DNA from: an uncultured virus (IMG/VR IMGVR_UViG_3300028595_000010) | Taxonomy: Duplodnaviria > Heunggongvirae > Uroviricota > Caudoviricetes | IMG/VR virus record: IMGVR_UViG_3300028595_000010 | Length of the DNA stretch: 64,000 bases | Direction: 5' to 3' (one strand) | Shown: piece after piece, positions 29,059-38,501 of the stretch | Layout: each line of letters opens with the position of its first letter | How positions within the stretch are numbered: the first letter of the stretch is position 1 | Notes under the pieces: generated by a model | What the model was told of the DNA's origin: nothing | Seen by the model: only the letters and a program-made list of their open reading frames with translations | Database searches by the model: none | Program-made: the position numbers and the translations under genes

Positions 29059-29586
29059 ATGGCAGATACTATTCAGTTAAAACGTGGAACATCCAGTCAA
29101 TGGGAGAGTCAAAATCCATATCTTGAAGATGGTCAAGAAGGATGGGATAAGACCATACGGCGGATGAAGATTGGTCCGGGTTATTGGAATGATTTATCAT
29201 ATATAAACGGAGTAGTTGAGAACGTTGGTTTTGCTGAAATTAAAACCGATCGCGATTTTGAAGAAAGCGCGGGAAGCTGGCGTCCTATCTATGCCAAAAC
29301 TATAGACATCGGAGCTTTGCCAAATGCTACAACAAAAAATGTAGCACACAATGTGAGCAACATTTCGACTTGGGTTAAGTTAAGCGGCGTGAGTACCGAT
29401 GCTTCTAAAAATTGTCGTCCGTTGCCTTATGTAACATCCACACTCGCCACAATGATCCAATTGAGAGCGGATAATGCAAATATAATTATCCAAACTAGTT
29501 TCGATTGGAGTGCTTACAGCGGATCAGTTACCGGGGAATACACAAAGACTACCGACACTGCAACCAGCTCTCCGCGCTATACATAA
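29059..29586 (+). CDS. Short fibre protein with Mtd-N / hyaluronidase-type N-terminal domain
   Basis: IQLKRGTSSQWESQNPYLEDGQEGWD....MKIG motif. Confidence 0.7.
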   Translation: MADTIQLKRGTSSQWESQNPYLEDGQEGWDKTIRRMKIGPGYWNDLSYINGVVENVGFAEIKTDRDFEESAGSWRPIYAKTIDIGALPNATTKNVAHNVSNISTWVKLSGVSTDASKNCRPLPYVTSTLATMIQLRADNANIIIQTSFDWSAYSGSVTGEYTKTTDTATSSPRYT

Positions 29587-29730
29587 ATTCATCAGAAAAC
29601 AAAGATACTAATACTGACATTAATAAATTATCTAATTTTGATACCATTGTAGTTGACAAATAGAGAATATTCTAATAATTAGTCAGAACAAATAAATGAC
29701 TTATAAGTGCTAAATTTGGAGAAATTGAAA

Positions 29731-29958
29731 ATGACAGAACCAATTGATGATCTTAGAGACAAAATTGTTGAACTGATAAATGAAACAAATTCAGATACTG
29801 AATTTGTGATAGTTCTCCGTCAGAGTACAGGAGAAAATCATAAAATATCAACATCTATTAAATCTAAAGATCATTTTGGAATGATGCATATGATCGGACG
29901 AGCGTGCGGTGCTTGGGAAAGAGTCAATGTAAGAGATGAACATCTACTAATCAAATAG
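29731..29958 (+). CDS. Hypothetical protein
   Basis: ATG after GGAG; GAACAAA motif at 29686. Confidence 0.55.
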   Translation: MTEPIDDLRDKIVELINETNSDTEFVIVLRQSTGENHKISTSIKSKDHFGMMHMIGRACGAWERVNVRDEHLLIK

Positions 29959-30006
29959 TTCCTTTTATGACTCCTGAGCAATGGTAGCCAATTTTCCATT
30001 GGTTAA

Positions 30007-30021
30007 GAACAAATATTAAAT
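30007..30021 (+). promoter_or_regulatory. GAACAAA motif (putative late promoter)
   Basis: GAACAAATATTAAAT upstream of ATG 30047. Confidence 0.6.
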
Positions 30022-30046
30022 CTTAATCATATAACGGAGACATTAA

Positions 30047-30682
30047 ATGTTATCACAATTGTTTGAAAATGCAACTGGTTTCGATGCAGTTTTTAATGCT
30101 GAATCAATAAATTATGGTTGCAAAGCCGCAATTTTGAAGCACCTTCATGAGGCTGGAGAATTTGAATGTGATGATTACGTAAAGTATGAAATGTCATTCG
30201 AGGAAGCCTACAACCTTGTAACCGAAGAAGAAAATCAAATTCTCACAGAAAGTGTTGAGGGCGAGAATGTAAATCTTCTTGAATCAGCAATGCCTTACGC
30301 TCTATTCCATTTTGTCCAAGAACAAGGCTACTCAAAAGATGAATCAAAAGTTATTGCTGCATATCTTTATGAGAGCATGTGGTCAAAAAATGTTGGTTCT
30401 GCTCTAAAGAAGGATTGGGAAAAAACTAAAGAACGCCAAGGCAAGAGAAATCAAGCCGTTAAGAAGGGCGCTAAGAAGGTCGGTCAATTCATTAAGAAAG
30501 ATTGGCAAAAGTCCGGTTTGGATCCTAAGGACAAAGAAAGAATCAGAAAACTCAAAGAAAGACTGAAGTCCGCATCTGGACAAGCTGCTGAAAGAATTAA
30601 AAAGGATATCGCAAGAATTCAAGGATATTATAATAAGAATAGCAAAGTAGTCCGAGCAGTCAAGGCTGCTGCAAAAGCTTAA
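30047..30682 (+). CDS. Probable internal head protein, paralogue of 17404..18306
   Basis: Acidic N-half and Lys-rich C-half; YVKYEMSFEEAYNL vs YIKKEVTYEQLLNL. Confidence 0.55.
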   Translation: MLSQLFENATGFDAVFNAESINYGCKAAILKHLHEAGEFECDDYVKYEMSFEEAYNLVTEEENQILTESVEGENVNLLESAMPYALFHFVQEQGYSKDESKVIAAYLYESMWSKNVGSALKKDWEKTKERQGKRNQAVKKGAKKVGQFIKKDWQKSGLDPKDKERIRKLKERLKSASGQAAERIKKDIARIQGYYNKNSKVVRAVKAAAKA

Positions 30683-30700
30683 ATTCTACGCATATCTTCC

Positions 30701-30731
30701 AAGGAAGGAGATTAAGTTTCTCCTTCCTTTT
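30701..30731 (+). terminator. Rho-independent terminator
   Basis: AAGGAAGGAGA...TCTCCTTCCTT followed by T's. Confidence 0.85.
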
Positions 30732-30777
30732 CCAGGAGGTTATTAGTTAACCAAACGAATTGAATTTGAGGAAACTG

Positions 30778-31971
30778 ATGAATAAACGGAATGGTATGAT
30801 TTTAGTTAGTGGATGCCCGAGAAGTGGAACATCTGTATGTATGGATATACAGCGTGCTGCGCATGGGAGCGAAAAAATTCTTGGTGAAAAATTTCCACAG
30901 GAAGCCAGAAAAGCAAGACGGGAAAAACTCCGAGAATATCAAGAGAATGAACCTGTCCATGAATATAGAATCAGACAATACATGATCGACAAAGCAATTG
31001 CTTCAGAAAATGCAAATCAAAGTGAAGATGAGCAGAGATGGAGGGATATGAATCCTGAAGGATTCTGGGAGATGGCATTTTCAGTAAGAGGGATTATTTA
31101 TCATCCTCAATTCAAAGATACTCTAAAAGGAGTTCTTGAAGGAGAAACAAAGATTTGTAAGGTTGTCAGTCAAGGTCTCTTAATGTCTGACCCCCAATAC
31201 ATTGGCAAAATCATCTTTATGATCAGACATCCTAGAGCTGTTGCAAAATCTCAAGAGAGGCTAGTAAGAGGATTCAATTTTAGAGATGAGACAGATGGAA
31301 AAGTTAAAAACATCTTTGAAGGGATGAAAATCCATACTCCTGAAATGTTCATCGGAGTAACTACACAAGCAGCAAGATTCTTTTTAGATAATCCTGAAAT
31401 TCCTGTACGATTTTATCATTTTGAAAAATTGATTGAAGATCCGATTCCCTATCTTGATGATATGCAAAAGTTTGTTGGAGAAGGGGATTATAAAAAAGCA
31501 TGTAATATTGTTCAACCAAAACTAAACCGAAGTAAACATGAAGACGTCGAGAACAAATTATGGGGAGATGCATATTTCATCTATGATAAGTTATGCGAAG
31601 CAGCAGAACTAATCAATAATGATAACACCCGAGAAGAAGCAAACACACTCTTCAAAGAAATTCTTGAATATATGGAAGATCCAAAAAGAGAATATAATCG
31701 AGAAAAAAGACAATGGCGGTGTTATAGAGCAAAACATACTGTAACTGAAGATGTATGTCGGAGCTGTTATTATAACTCACATCATAGAGAAAACTTCAAA
31801 ATTCATAGTGAATCTACAGAAGGTAAAGTTTCTAAGCATTGGACACAAGAGCCTTGTCTCTTTGAATGCGGGATGGATCTTGATAGAGACCCGGATGATT
31901 ATTTAACAATCGAAGAAAGCATCGAAAATAATTTCTGGGAAACAGGAATACATTATCACCCTAATCAATAA
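30778..31971 (+). CDS. PAPS-dependent sulfotransferase-family protein with Cys-rich C-terminus
   Basis: 5'-PSB loop VSGCPRSGTS, 3'-PB motif IFMIRHPRAVAKS, and FEKLIEDP. Confidence 0.75.
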   Translation: MNKRNGMILVSGCPRSGTSVCMDIQRAAHGSEKILGEKFPQEARKARREKLREYQENEPVHEYRIRQYMIDKAIASENANQSEDEQRWRDMNPEGFWEMAFSVRGIIYHPQFKDTLKGVLEGETKICKVVSQGLLMSDPQYIGKIIFMIRHPRAVAKSQERLVRGFNFRDETDGKVKNIFEGMKIHTPEMFIGVTTQAARFFLDNPEIPVRFYHFEKLIEDPIPYLDDMQKFVGEGDYKKACNIVQPKLNRSKHEDVENKLWGDAYFIYDKLCEAAELINNDNTREEANTLFKEILEYMEDPKREYNREKRQWRCYRAKHTVTEDVCRSCYYNSHHRENFKIHSESTEGKVSKHWTQEPCLFECGMDLDRDPDDYLTIEESIENNFWETGIHYHPNQ

Positions 31972-31994
31972 AACTATAAAAAAGATAACTGACA

Positions 31995-32324
31995 ATGGCT
32001 AAATTTACACAAGAACAACTAGATCAAGCAAAATCTCTTCTAGAAAACGGCAAGTTACTTTTTCAAATGAAAGAAGATATGGGAATTGAACAAGAAGATG
32101 TCATGACCCTCAAAGATGAAATGATTGGCGCTTTCGGGATAGATAAAATCAGGCCATTAATCAGAGCAGCAATACAGTCACAAAATGGAAGTATTGGTTC
32201 ATTTGAAAAACTCCCCGCTAGAGTCAAAAAAATGGATCTAAAAAACATTGATAAGATTGATGAAATGATTGCTAATCTACAAGCAACTATCGTAGAGCTT
32301 AATATAATCAAAGCATCTCTTTAA
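31995..32324 (+). CDS. Hypothetical protein
   Basis: 109-aa ORF in the operon. Confidence 0.55.
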   Translation: MAKFTQEQLDQAKSLLENGKLLFQMKEDMGIEQEDVMTLKDEMIGAFGIDKIRPLIRAAIQSQNGSIGSFEKLPARVKKMDLKNIDKIDEMIANLQATIVELNIIKASL

Positions 32325-32746
32325 TGAACGACTTCTTCCATTCTCCACTTTGTCAAGGCCGAAACTATTGTGTAAAATGTAGGACAGATGAAATATTCAG
32401 AAAAGGAATTGTTGATAGTTTCGATGATATCAATGATCCCAATTTTAAATGTCCTTATAATATTACAAAAGAAAATCTTGGAAAAAAATTAGATTCAGGT
32501 GAAATTAAATATCCTGCATTATCTACCCAAGTTAAAAATTTTGGAAAAGCAATGTTTCGATCGGCTGTAGCAACTGTAAGTGGAGAACAAGTAGTAGTAT
32601 CAAATGAAGAACAACAGAGAAGGATAGGTCTCTGTAAACAATGTGAATTCTACGATGCTAAACAAAAGCGATGTAGAAAATGTGGATGTATTGCTCGATA
32701 TAAAGCTAAACTCAGAACTGAGCACTGTCCTTTAAACGTCTGGTAA
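32324..32746 (+). CDS. Cys-rich small protein (CxxC...CxxCGC...CP...W, DUF6171-like)
   Basis: CKQC...CRKCGC...CPLNVW plus extra N-terminal Cys; paralogue at 39618. Confidence 0.65.
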   Translation: MNDFFHSPLCQGRNYCVKCRTDEIFRKGIVDSFDDINDPNFKCPYNITKENLGKKLDSGEIKYPALSTQVKNFGKAMFRSAVATVSGEQVVVSNEEQQRRIGLCKQCEFYDAKQKRCRKCGCIARYKAKLRTEHCPLNVW

Positions 32747-32938
32747 TTGAATAATCCCATTTGCCGGTCACTGATAGCTTTTCATAATAAATACGCCCAC
32801 ATATGTACAACATGTACTAAATGCCGTCAAATCAGTCTTATTATTGTGTAGGGACACGACTGCAAGTAACTTTAATTCATATAAAAACCAATCAAAAATT
32901 CAAAATTGTTATAATTGAATGTGTAAAGGATATTATAC

Positions 32939-34567
32939 ATGGAATACCGAATTGATAAACAACTATGGAACTTAGATGATGAACGAGTTTTTCTTTTAGA
33001 ACATCAAAAGATAGACAAGCAGGAGTTTATTAAACGATTAAGACCTGACGATCCTATTGTTGTATCTGTAGATGATAGAAAAAAGATTACCTATATCAAT
33101 GTATTATCCAAAAAACAAATTCAGAATCAAATAAAAAATTACATTGAAAAATCTGTCAAACATATTCTAAGAACAGGAAATATTGAAGATGTTTCCATAA
33201 TGTTTGACAAAAAAGAGATTATTCTTGTTGTATTCCCCGAGTTAGAAAAAGCTTACAATGTGGCTGAAAAGAAAATTGATGCTTCTTCGTGTAAATCATG
33301 TGAACGACATAGAACTGGGCTCGATATAATAGATGAGATGTATAGAATTTCTGTGGAGAAACCTAGAGATTTAAAACATCTGAAACCATTTATGCCAGAG
33401 TTGGCTATAGATAAACTCCAAGGAAAGCATATAAATGCAGAAGGGATAAAAATTCGTATTCCATCTGCAATTGAGAAAAAAGATATTCCTTTAAAGGAAA
33501 ATATTCCACATATTCAAGCATGTCCAGTATCTGAAAAAGAAAGAGTTATTACTATAGTAGGGCATCCAAGTAAGCTAGGTGGCGCAGATACAGAATTAGA
33601 TCATCAAATAAGAGTATGGCAAGAATTAGGATTGCATGTTCAAATTCTTCACACTGGAAAAATTGATGCGAACCTCAAAGCTATGAAAATGGAAGAAAGG
33701 GGATGCACAATTCTTGAACCACGCAAATGGCAAGCATGTGAAGGTACACATGTAATATCATATTGCAATTCTGAATATCTAGAAAATATTCAAGCTATAA
33801 GAAGTCATGCGCTTTCAACCACATTTGTAAACTGCATGACTTGGCTCTTTCCTAAAGAAAAAGAGGTAATGGAGAAGGGACTTATAGATTACAATTTGTA
33901 TCAAAGACAAGGAGTAATGGATATAAATCTCCCACTCCTTCAACAGATCAATCCTGCACTTCAAGGTTTTGTGGTTAAACCTTATTTTCACAATGAAGAT
34001 TTTCCATTCATTCCTCCAGATCAAAGAAATTATGAAAGATTTAGATTTGGAAGAATTCATAGAGCTGACACAGGAAAATTTAGAACAGATACAAAATGGA
34101 TATATGAAACAATGGTTTCTCCTGTACTTAAAGAAGGAATCATTCTTGGAATCAATCAAAACTGTGAAAATAAAACCGGTAAGTTTCAAGACTGGATTAC
34201 ATGTTATGATTGTGGAGCTATAAGTCAGCAAGAATTCTATAAACGAGTTAATGTCATCATTCAACCTTGTGACGTTGGACATACTGAAAACCTTCCAAGA
34301 ATAGCTTTTGAGGCAATGTCGAGTGGAGTCCCATTAATAGTGGACAACAAAGGCGGATGGCCAGAGTTAGTCAAACATGGAGAAACTGGGTGGCTCTGCA
34401 ATAATGAAAGAGAATTTTCTTATTACTCCAGTAGAATGGCATATGAGAGAGAAGAATATCTCAAGATGATGAATAATGGAAGAAAGTGGCTACAAGAGCA
34501 TTGGAGTATGGATGCTGCAAAGAAAAACTGGACTAAATTCTTCAAACATATAGGGTTAATAAAATGA
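32939..34567 (+). CDS. GT-B glycosyltransferase (GT4-like) with N-terminal extension
   Basis: GGADTE; ENLPRIAFEAMSSGVPLIV...GG.PELVKHGETGWL (E-x7-E). Confidence 0.85.
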   Translation: MEYRIDKQLWNLDDERVFLLEHQKIDKQEFIKRLRPDDPIVVSVDDRKKITYINVLSKKQIQNQIKNYIEKSVKHILRTGNIEDVSIMFDKKEIILVVFPELEKAYNVAEKKIDASSCKSCERHRTGLDIIDEMYRISVEKPRDLKHLKPFMPELAIDKLQGKHINAEGIKIRIPSAIEKKDIPLKENIPHIQACPVSEKERVITIVGHPSKLGGADTELDHQIRVWQELGLHVQILHTGKIDANLKAMKMEERGCTILEPRKWQACEGTHVISYCNSEYLENIQAIRSHALSTTFVNCMTWLFPKEKEVMEKGLIDYNLYQRQGVMDINLPLLQQINPALQGFVVKPYFHNEDFPFIPPDQRNYERFRFGRIHRADTGKFRTDTKWIYETMVSPVLKEGIILGINQNCENKTGKFQDWITCYDCGAISQQEFYKRVNVIIQPCDVGHTENLPRIAFEAMSSGVPLIVDNKGGWPELVKHGETGWLCNNEREFSYYSSRMAYEREEYLKMMNNGRKWLQEHWSMDAAKKNWTKFFKHIGLIK

Positions 34568-37446
34568 TTGAAAATTTAAATATGTTCAATGCTAAAACAT
34601 TTGAACGAATATTTCCAGGTAAAAGAAAAATTTGTGTCATAGGAAATGGGCCTATTGATAAAACAGATTATAAGATAATTGAAGATTCTGATATTGTAGT
34701 TAGATTCAACGACTGGAATAGAAGAAGGACTTTTAATAAGGATACAGGTAACAGATGTGATGTTTGCTTCACAATGTATGATTCTGCTCCCATCATCAAA
34801 GATCCTTATACTAAGCCTCCGTGTGTAATCATTGCTATTCCTCATCCATTCCATTCAGAAAGAATTATTAAAGTAACAAACGATATGTGGACGGATGTAG
34901 ATGTAAGTATGGTCAATCCTTACATCAACGAAGAATGTTGTGCAGCAATTGGACTCAATAGTCCAGGAAATAGACATCCAATAAGCACAGTAGGATTTAC
35001 ATTTTTATATCATACTTCTAGATTTTTGTCTGATGACTATTCAGTTCATGTGTGTGGATTTTCTTGTAGATTTGATGGAGATCAAAAGAAGTTTGATCAA
35101 ACATTTGCAACGAACAGGAAACATAAAAGACATCAAAATCATTGTTATGTAAATGAGTTCTGGTGGATTCATGATAATCTTATGGAAGATAGTCGTTTTA
35201 CATTCTCAAGAACTCTAAGAAGAATCAAAAATCTTGTAAAGAATGTAGATAAGTGCTCAGAAGATTTTAATGATCTTGATAAATTAATGATGCGAGTCAT
35301 TAAAGGAAAACCTTTTGCGTTAACTAGATACGGCGACTATGAGATTAGAGCTATTACAAAACCTGATACTAAAGTAGGGCCAAATAGTAAAAGCTGGATT
35401 CTTGATCCCAACAATGAAGCAGATTGTAAATTAAGACAAGAACTCATTGAATCTTACAAATACAACGATCCGAACAATGACTACATCGTTGGGTGGCATC
35501 CAAAGTTTCCTATTCCTGATGATGCTTGTAACCACATCATTAATGCCTGCATTATGGTCAATGCGAACTACAATCAATTTCTCAATAAATTGATTTTTAG
35601 TGAATTTAAGACTAGAAAAACAGTCTTGATATGTAATGAGGAATGTGATCCATCTAAACTCCCATTTAAACCAGAGAAAGTATTCTTTATAGATAAGAGA
35701 CAATCGTGTTGGAGATATGGAGACATTCAAGATGAACTTGAAGAATATCTGACTAAAACTACAGAATCACATGTAGTTCTTTTTGCTGCTGGCCCATACA
35801 GTTGTACAGTAATATGGAAGGCGTGGTCTAAGGGAATAAAAAATCACTTTTTACTAGACATAGGTTCAGTATTAGATCCTTATCTATTTGGCAAAAACAC
35901 CAGAGGATATCATAGAAAGATGTCTCCTGTTCTATCTAGTGTTGAAGATTATAACGAAGTCCATAACCAGACTGAAGGGATTCCTAAAAAGATTCATTTT
36001 GTATGGATAGGCAAACATATGCCAGAATTTTGCACATATGCTCTGGATATGTTCAAAATATTAAATCCCGATTACGATATAAAGGTGCATGATGAGTCCT
36101 CTCTTAATGATAAATACAAACCTCTTCTGCCCAAATGTCGAAGGACAGCTCAAATAGCTGATTTGATTAGAGCATCTATATTAGAGAAAGAAGGAGGATG
36201 GTATTTTGATTTCGATATGATTCCTAATTCTTCAATAGATACAATTGCATCTGAATATAAGGTGAAAGATTTTTTCATAGTTGCACAACGAGATAAGAGA
36301 ATTACTAATTCAATTATTGGAAGTGTGAAAAATCATCCTATCTGGAAATCTTATTACAATTATGTTGTCAAAGTGGAAGAATGGAATTACACAATGTATG
36401 GCCCAATGTGTTTCACTGAAATTGTTCCAGAAGATATGGTTTGCAACGATGCAAACATGTTTTATGCATTGTGCGCCAAGATGTCTACGCATCGAATGTT
36501 CTATTCGATGAATGATAAAGAAGAATTCAAAAAACACTATTCTGTAATTCATAATAGATGTAAAGGAAGAACTCCACACATGATTCATTTATGGGGAATC
36601 CCTATACGCCCAGGAGTGAAAGAAATCTTTGAAAAAATCTATAAGGATAGAGGATGGACATTCGAAGATCAAAGAAGGCCTGAGGACAACAAATTAAAAA
36701 TTATTCTTTCTTTTCGGGCAGAATTTGGAATGAAATTGATGTGGCATGTTCCGTGGGTGAACGGAATTAAAGGGACCAATCGAATCATTTGTATTGAAAA
36801 GGGAGATGAGTGTTTATATCCGAATGCTAAAGAGTATATCGTCCTTGATCGTAAGGCAGATAAACATAGAAAACATCTGTCTAAGTTTGACAAAGAATTT
36901 AATGATGAGTTAAAAGCATCTCTGGTTAAGAAATATCCTGACGCAGAATACATATATCCTAAAGAAGGTGGTCCATTAAAATGCTTTGTCCCAACTCCTA
37001 CAAAATTAAATGGAATTGGGTGTGATATTGTAATAGCGCCCAGAAAGAGAGATGTTGCACCAATTAGAAATTGGCAGCATTGGGATGATCTAGTATCAAA
37101 ATTGAAGGATATGCATTATAAAATATTTGCTGTTGGATCACCAGATGCAAGTTATAAAGTAGATTGCCCAGCATCATGGGATTATGATAACTTCTTAGAT
37201 GCTACTGTTGAAGCTTTATTAAATTCCAAATGTCTCATTTGTACAGATACAGGAGTTGGATATTTATCTTTATTATGTGGAACTATGGTAAACATGATAT
37301 CATCCAACAAGGCATTGATTCATCCTGGTGGAACTCCTATCAGAATTAATAGATTTCAACAAGTGAATCACAAAAACGTTCAAATCAATGTGATGCACGA
37401 TACATGGAATAGCGCTGAATCAGTAATGCAAAAATTCTTGTTCTAA
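34564..37446 (+). CDS. Four-domain glycosyltransferase fusion (GT29-like, GT-D/DUF1792-like, GT32 DxD, GT9-like)
   Basis: ICVIGNGP..D.VVRFN; RYGDYE...AGP...LDIGS; IPKKIHFVWIG..ADLIR..GGWYFDFD; AEFG...RNW..W..TDTG. Confidence 0.78.
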   Translation: MIENLNMFNAKTFERIFPGKRKICVIGNGPIDKTDYKIIEDSDIVVRFNDWNRRRTFNKDTGNRCDVCFTMYDSAPIIKDPYTKPPCVIIAIPHPFHSERIIKVTNDMWTDVDVSMVNPYINEECCAAIGLNSPGNRHPISTVGFTFLYHTSRFLSDDYSVHVCGFSCRFDGDQKKFDQTFATNRKHKRHQNHCYVNEFWWIHDNLMEDSRFTFSRTLRRIKNLVKNVDKCSEDFNDLDKLMMRVIKGKPFALTRYGDYEIRAITKPDTKVGPNSKSWILDPNNEADCKLRQELIESYKYNDPNNDYIVGWHPKFPIPDDACNHIINACIMVNANYNQFLNKLIFSEFKTRKTVLICNEECDPSKLPFKPEKVFFIDKRQSCWRYGDIQDELEEYLTKTTESHVVLFAAGPYSCTVIWKAWSKGIKNHFLLDIGSVLDPYLFGKNTRGYHRKMSPVLSSVEDYNEVHNQTEGIPKKIHFVWIGKHMPEFCTYALDMFKILNPDYDIKVHDESSLNDKYKPLLPKCRRTAQIADLIRASILEKEGGWYFDFDMIPNSSIDTIASEYKVKDFFIVAQRDKRITNSIIGSVKNHPIWKSYYNYVVKVEEWNYTMYGPMCFTEIVPEDMVCNDANMFYALCAKMSTHRMFYSMNDKEEFKKHYSVIHNRCKGRTPHMIHLWGIPIRPGVKEIFEKIYKDRGWTFEDQRRPEDNKLKIILSFRAEFGMKLMWHVPWVNGIKGTNRIICIEKGDECLYPNAKEYIVLDRKADKHRKHLSKFDKEFNDELKASLVKKYPDAEYIYPKEGGPLKCFVPTPTKLNGIGCDIVIAPRKRDVAPIRNWQHWDDLVSKLKDMHYKIFAVGSPDASYKVDCPASWDYDNFLDATVEALLNSKCLICTDTGVGYLSLLCGTMVNMISSNKALIHPGGTPIRINRFQQVNHKNVQINVMHDTWNSAESVMQKFLF

Positions 37447-37508
37447 AAAACAAATGAAAAATATTATACTCATCGTCATAAACAGAAGTAAAAAATATAG
37501 GTTATAAA

Positions 37509-38462
37509 ATGTATTTAATAAGCACAACATATGGATGGAATCTTGGAGATGATTTAATAAGAGAGGGGTGCTTCAATCTTTTGGATATAACAGGAGATGC
37601 TTGTTTCTTTTTGGATAGAACTATGCTTAATAATAGGAAGAGAACCTATCAATTTCAAAAGAACACCCCTCCACTCGATGAGTTATGTAAAGCATCAACT
37701 TCATTTATTGCAGCTGGAACTCCTGAGTGGTATTTGGGAGATATATTTTCTGCATGCAGAGAAAATGATCTTCCAATCATAATTATTGGTGCAGGAATGG
37801 GTGGAAGATCATTGGAGTCAAGCAAACATCTTATTAAAATTGCCACTTGTAGAGATCATATTGCATTTAAGACATTCAAAAATAATGGAGTTGAAGCTAA
37901 AATATTTCTAGATCCTGCTTTCTTTTGCAATCTGGAACATAAGAACGATACGAAAAAATATGATATTGTAATGAATTTTAGAGCTGGAAGGGGAAATGGG
38001 CATGATACATTCAATCCAGTATATATTGACAGATTTAAGAAACTCTATAGTCAATACAGAGATCGAATTTCAATTATTACTGCTCACGAAGTTCAAGAAT
38101 TGATTGTCGCACAATCTTTGTTTCCTGATTCAAATATATTCTTTAGTAGTGATTATAGAGATTACAAAAAGATATACTTCAATTGTAAACACTATATAGG
38201 TGGCAGAATTCATGGATGTATTCCTGCGTATATAGGCGGGGCGGATGTTCATGTAATATATCATCATCCTAAAATGGGAGTGATCAAATGCGCCAATTCA
38301 ATTCTTCCTAGTGAATTGGGACATTTGAAACTGTATAATTTTACCAAGGATGTGCATATACCTTTTGACTATGAAGATAAGTTTATTACACGCCAAGAAT
38401 TCTTGTCTAATTATTTCAAGGAATATAAAAAATATATTCAAGAAAAATTAGACAAAAAATAA
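37509..38462 (+). CDS. Polysaccharide pyruvyltransferase-family protein
   Basis: NLGDDLI, TCRD, DPAF, GRIHGCI.A. Confidence 0.75.
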   Translation: MYLISTTYGWNLGDDLIREGCFNLLDITGDACFFLDRTMLNNRKRTYQFQKNTPPLDELCKASTSFIAAGTPEWYLGDIFSACRENDLPIIIIGAGMGGRSLESSKHLIKIATCRDHIAFKTFKNNGVEAKIFLDPAFFCNLEHKNDTKKYDIVMNFRAGRGNGHDTFNPVYIDRFKKLYSQYRDRISIITAHEVQELIVAQSLFPDSNIFFSSDYRDYKKIYFNCKHYIGGRIHGCIPAYIGGADVHVIYHHPKMGVIKCANSILPSELGHLKLYNFTKDVHIPFDYEDKFITRQEFLSNYFKEYKKYIQEKLDKK

Positions 38463-38501
38463 GGGAAGTTTTCTCATCCCCTTATTCAATACGCAACTGC
38501 C

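Noticed and set aside
26463..29586. Diversity-generating retroelement acting on fibre genes (Mtd-like N-terminus)
   Set aside because: No reverse transcriptase and no template/variable repeat pair with adenine-specific differences seen.
29653..29681. Sigma70-like TTGACA
   Set aside because: No good -10 hexamer at 16-18 bp spacing.
32747..32851. 34-codon Cys-containing ORF starting TTG in the gap after 32324
   Set aside because: Short, no clear RBS, could be chance.
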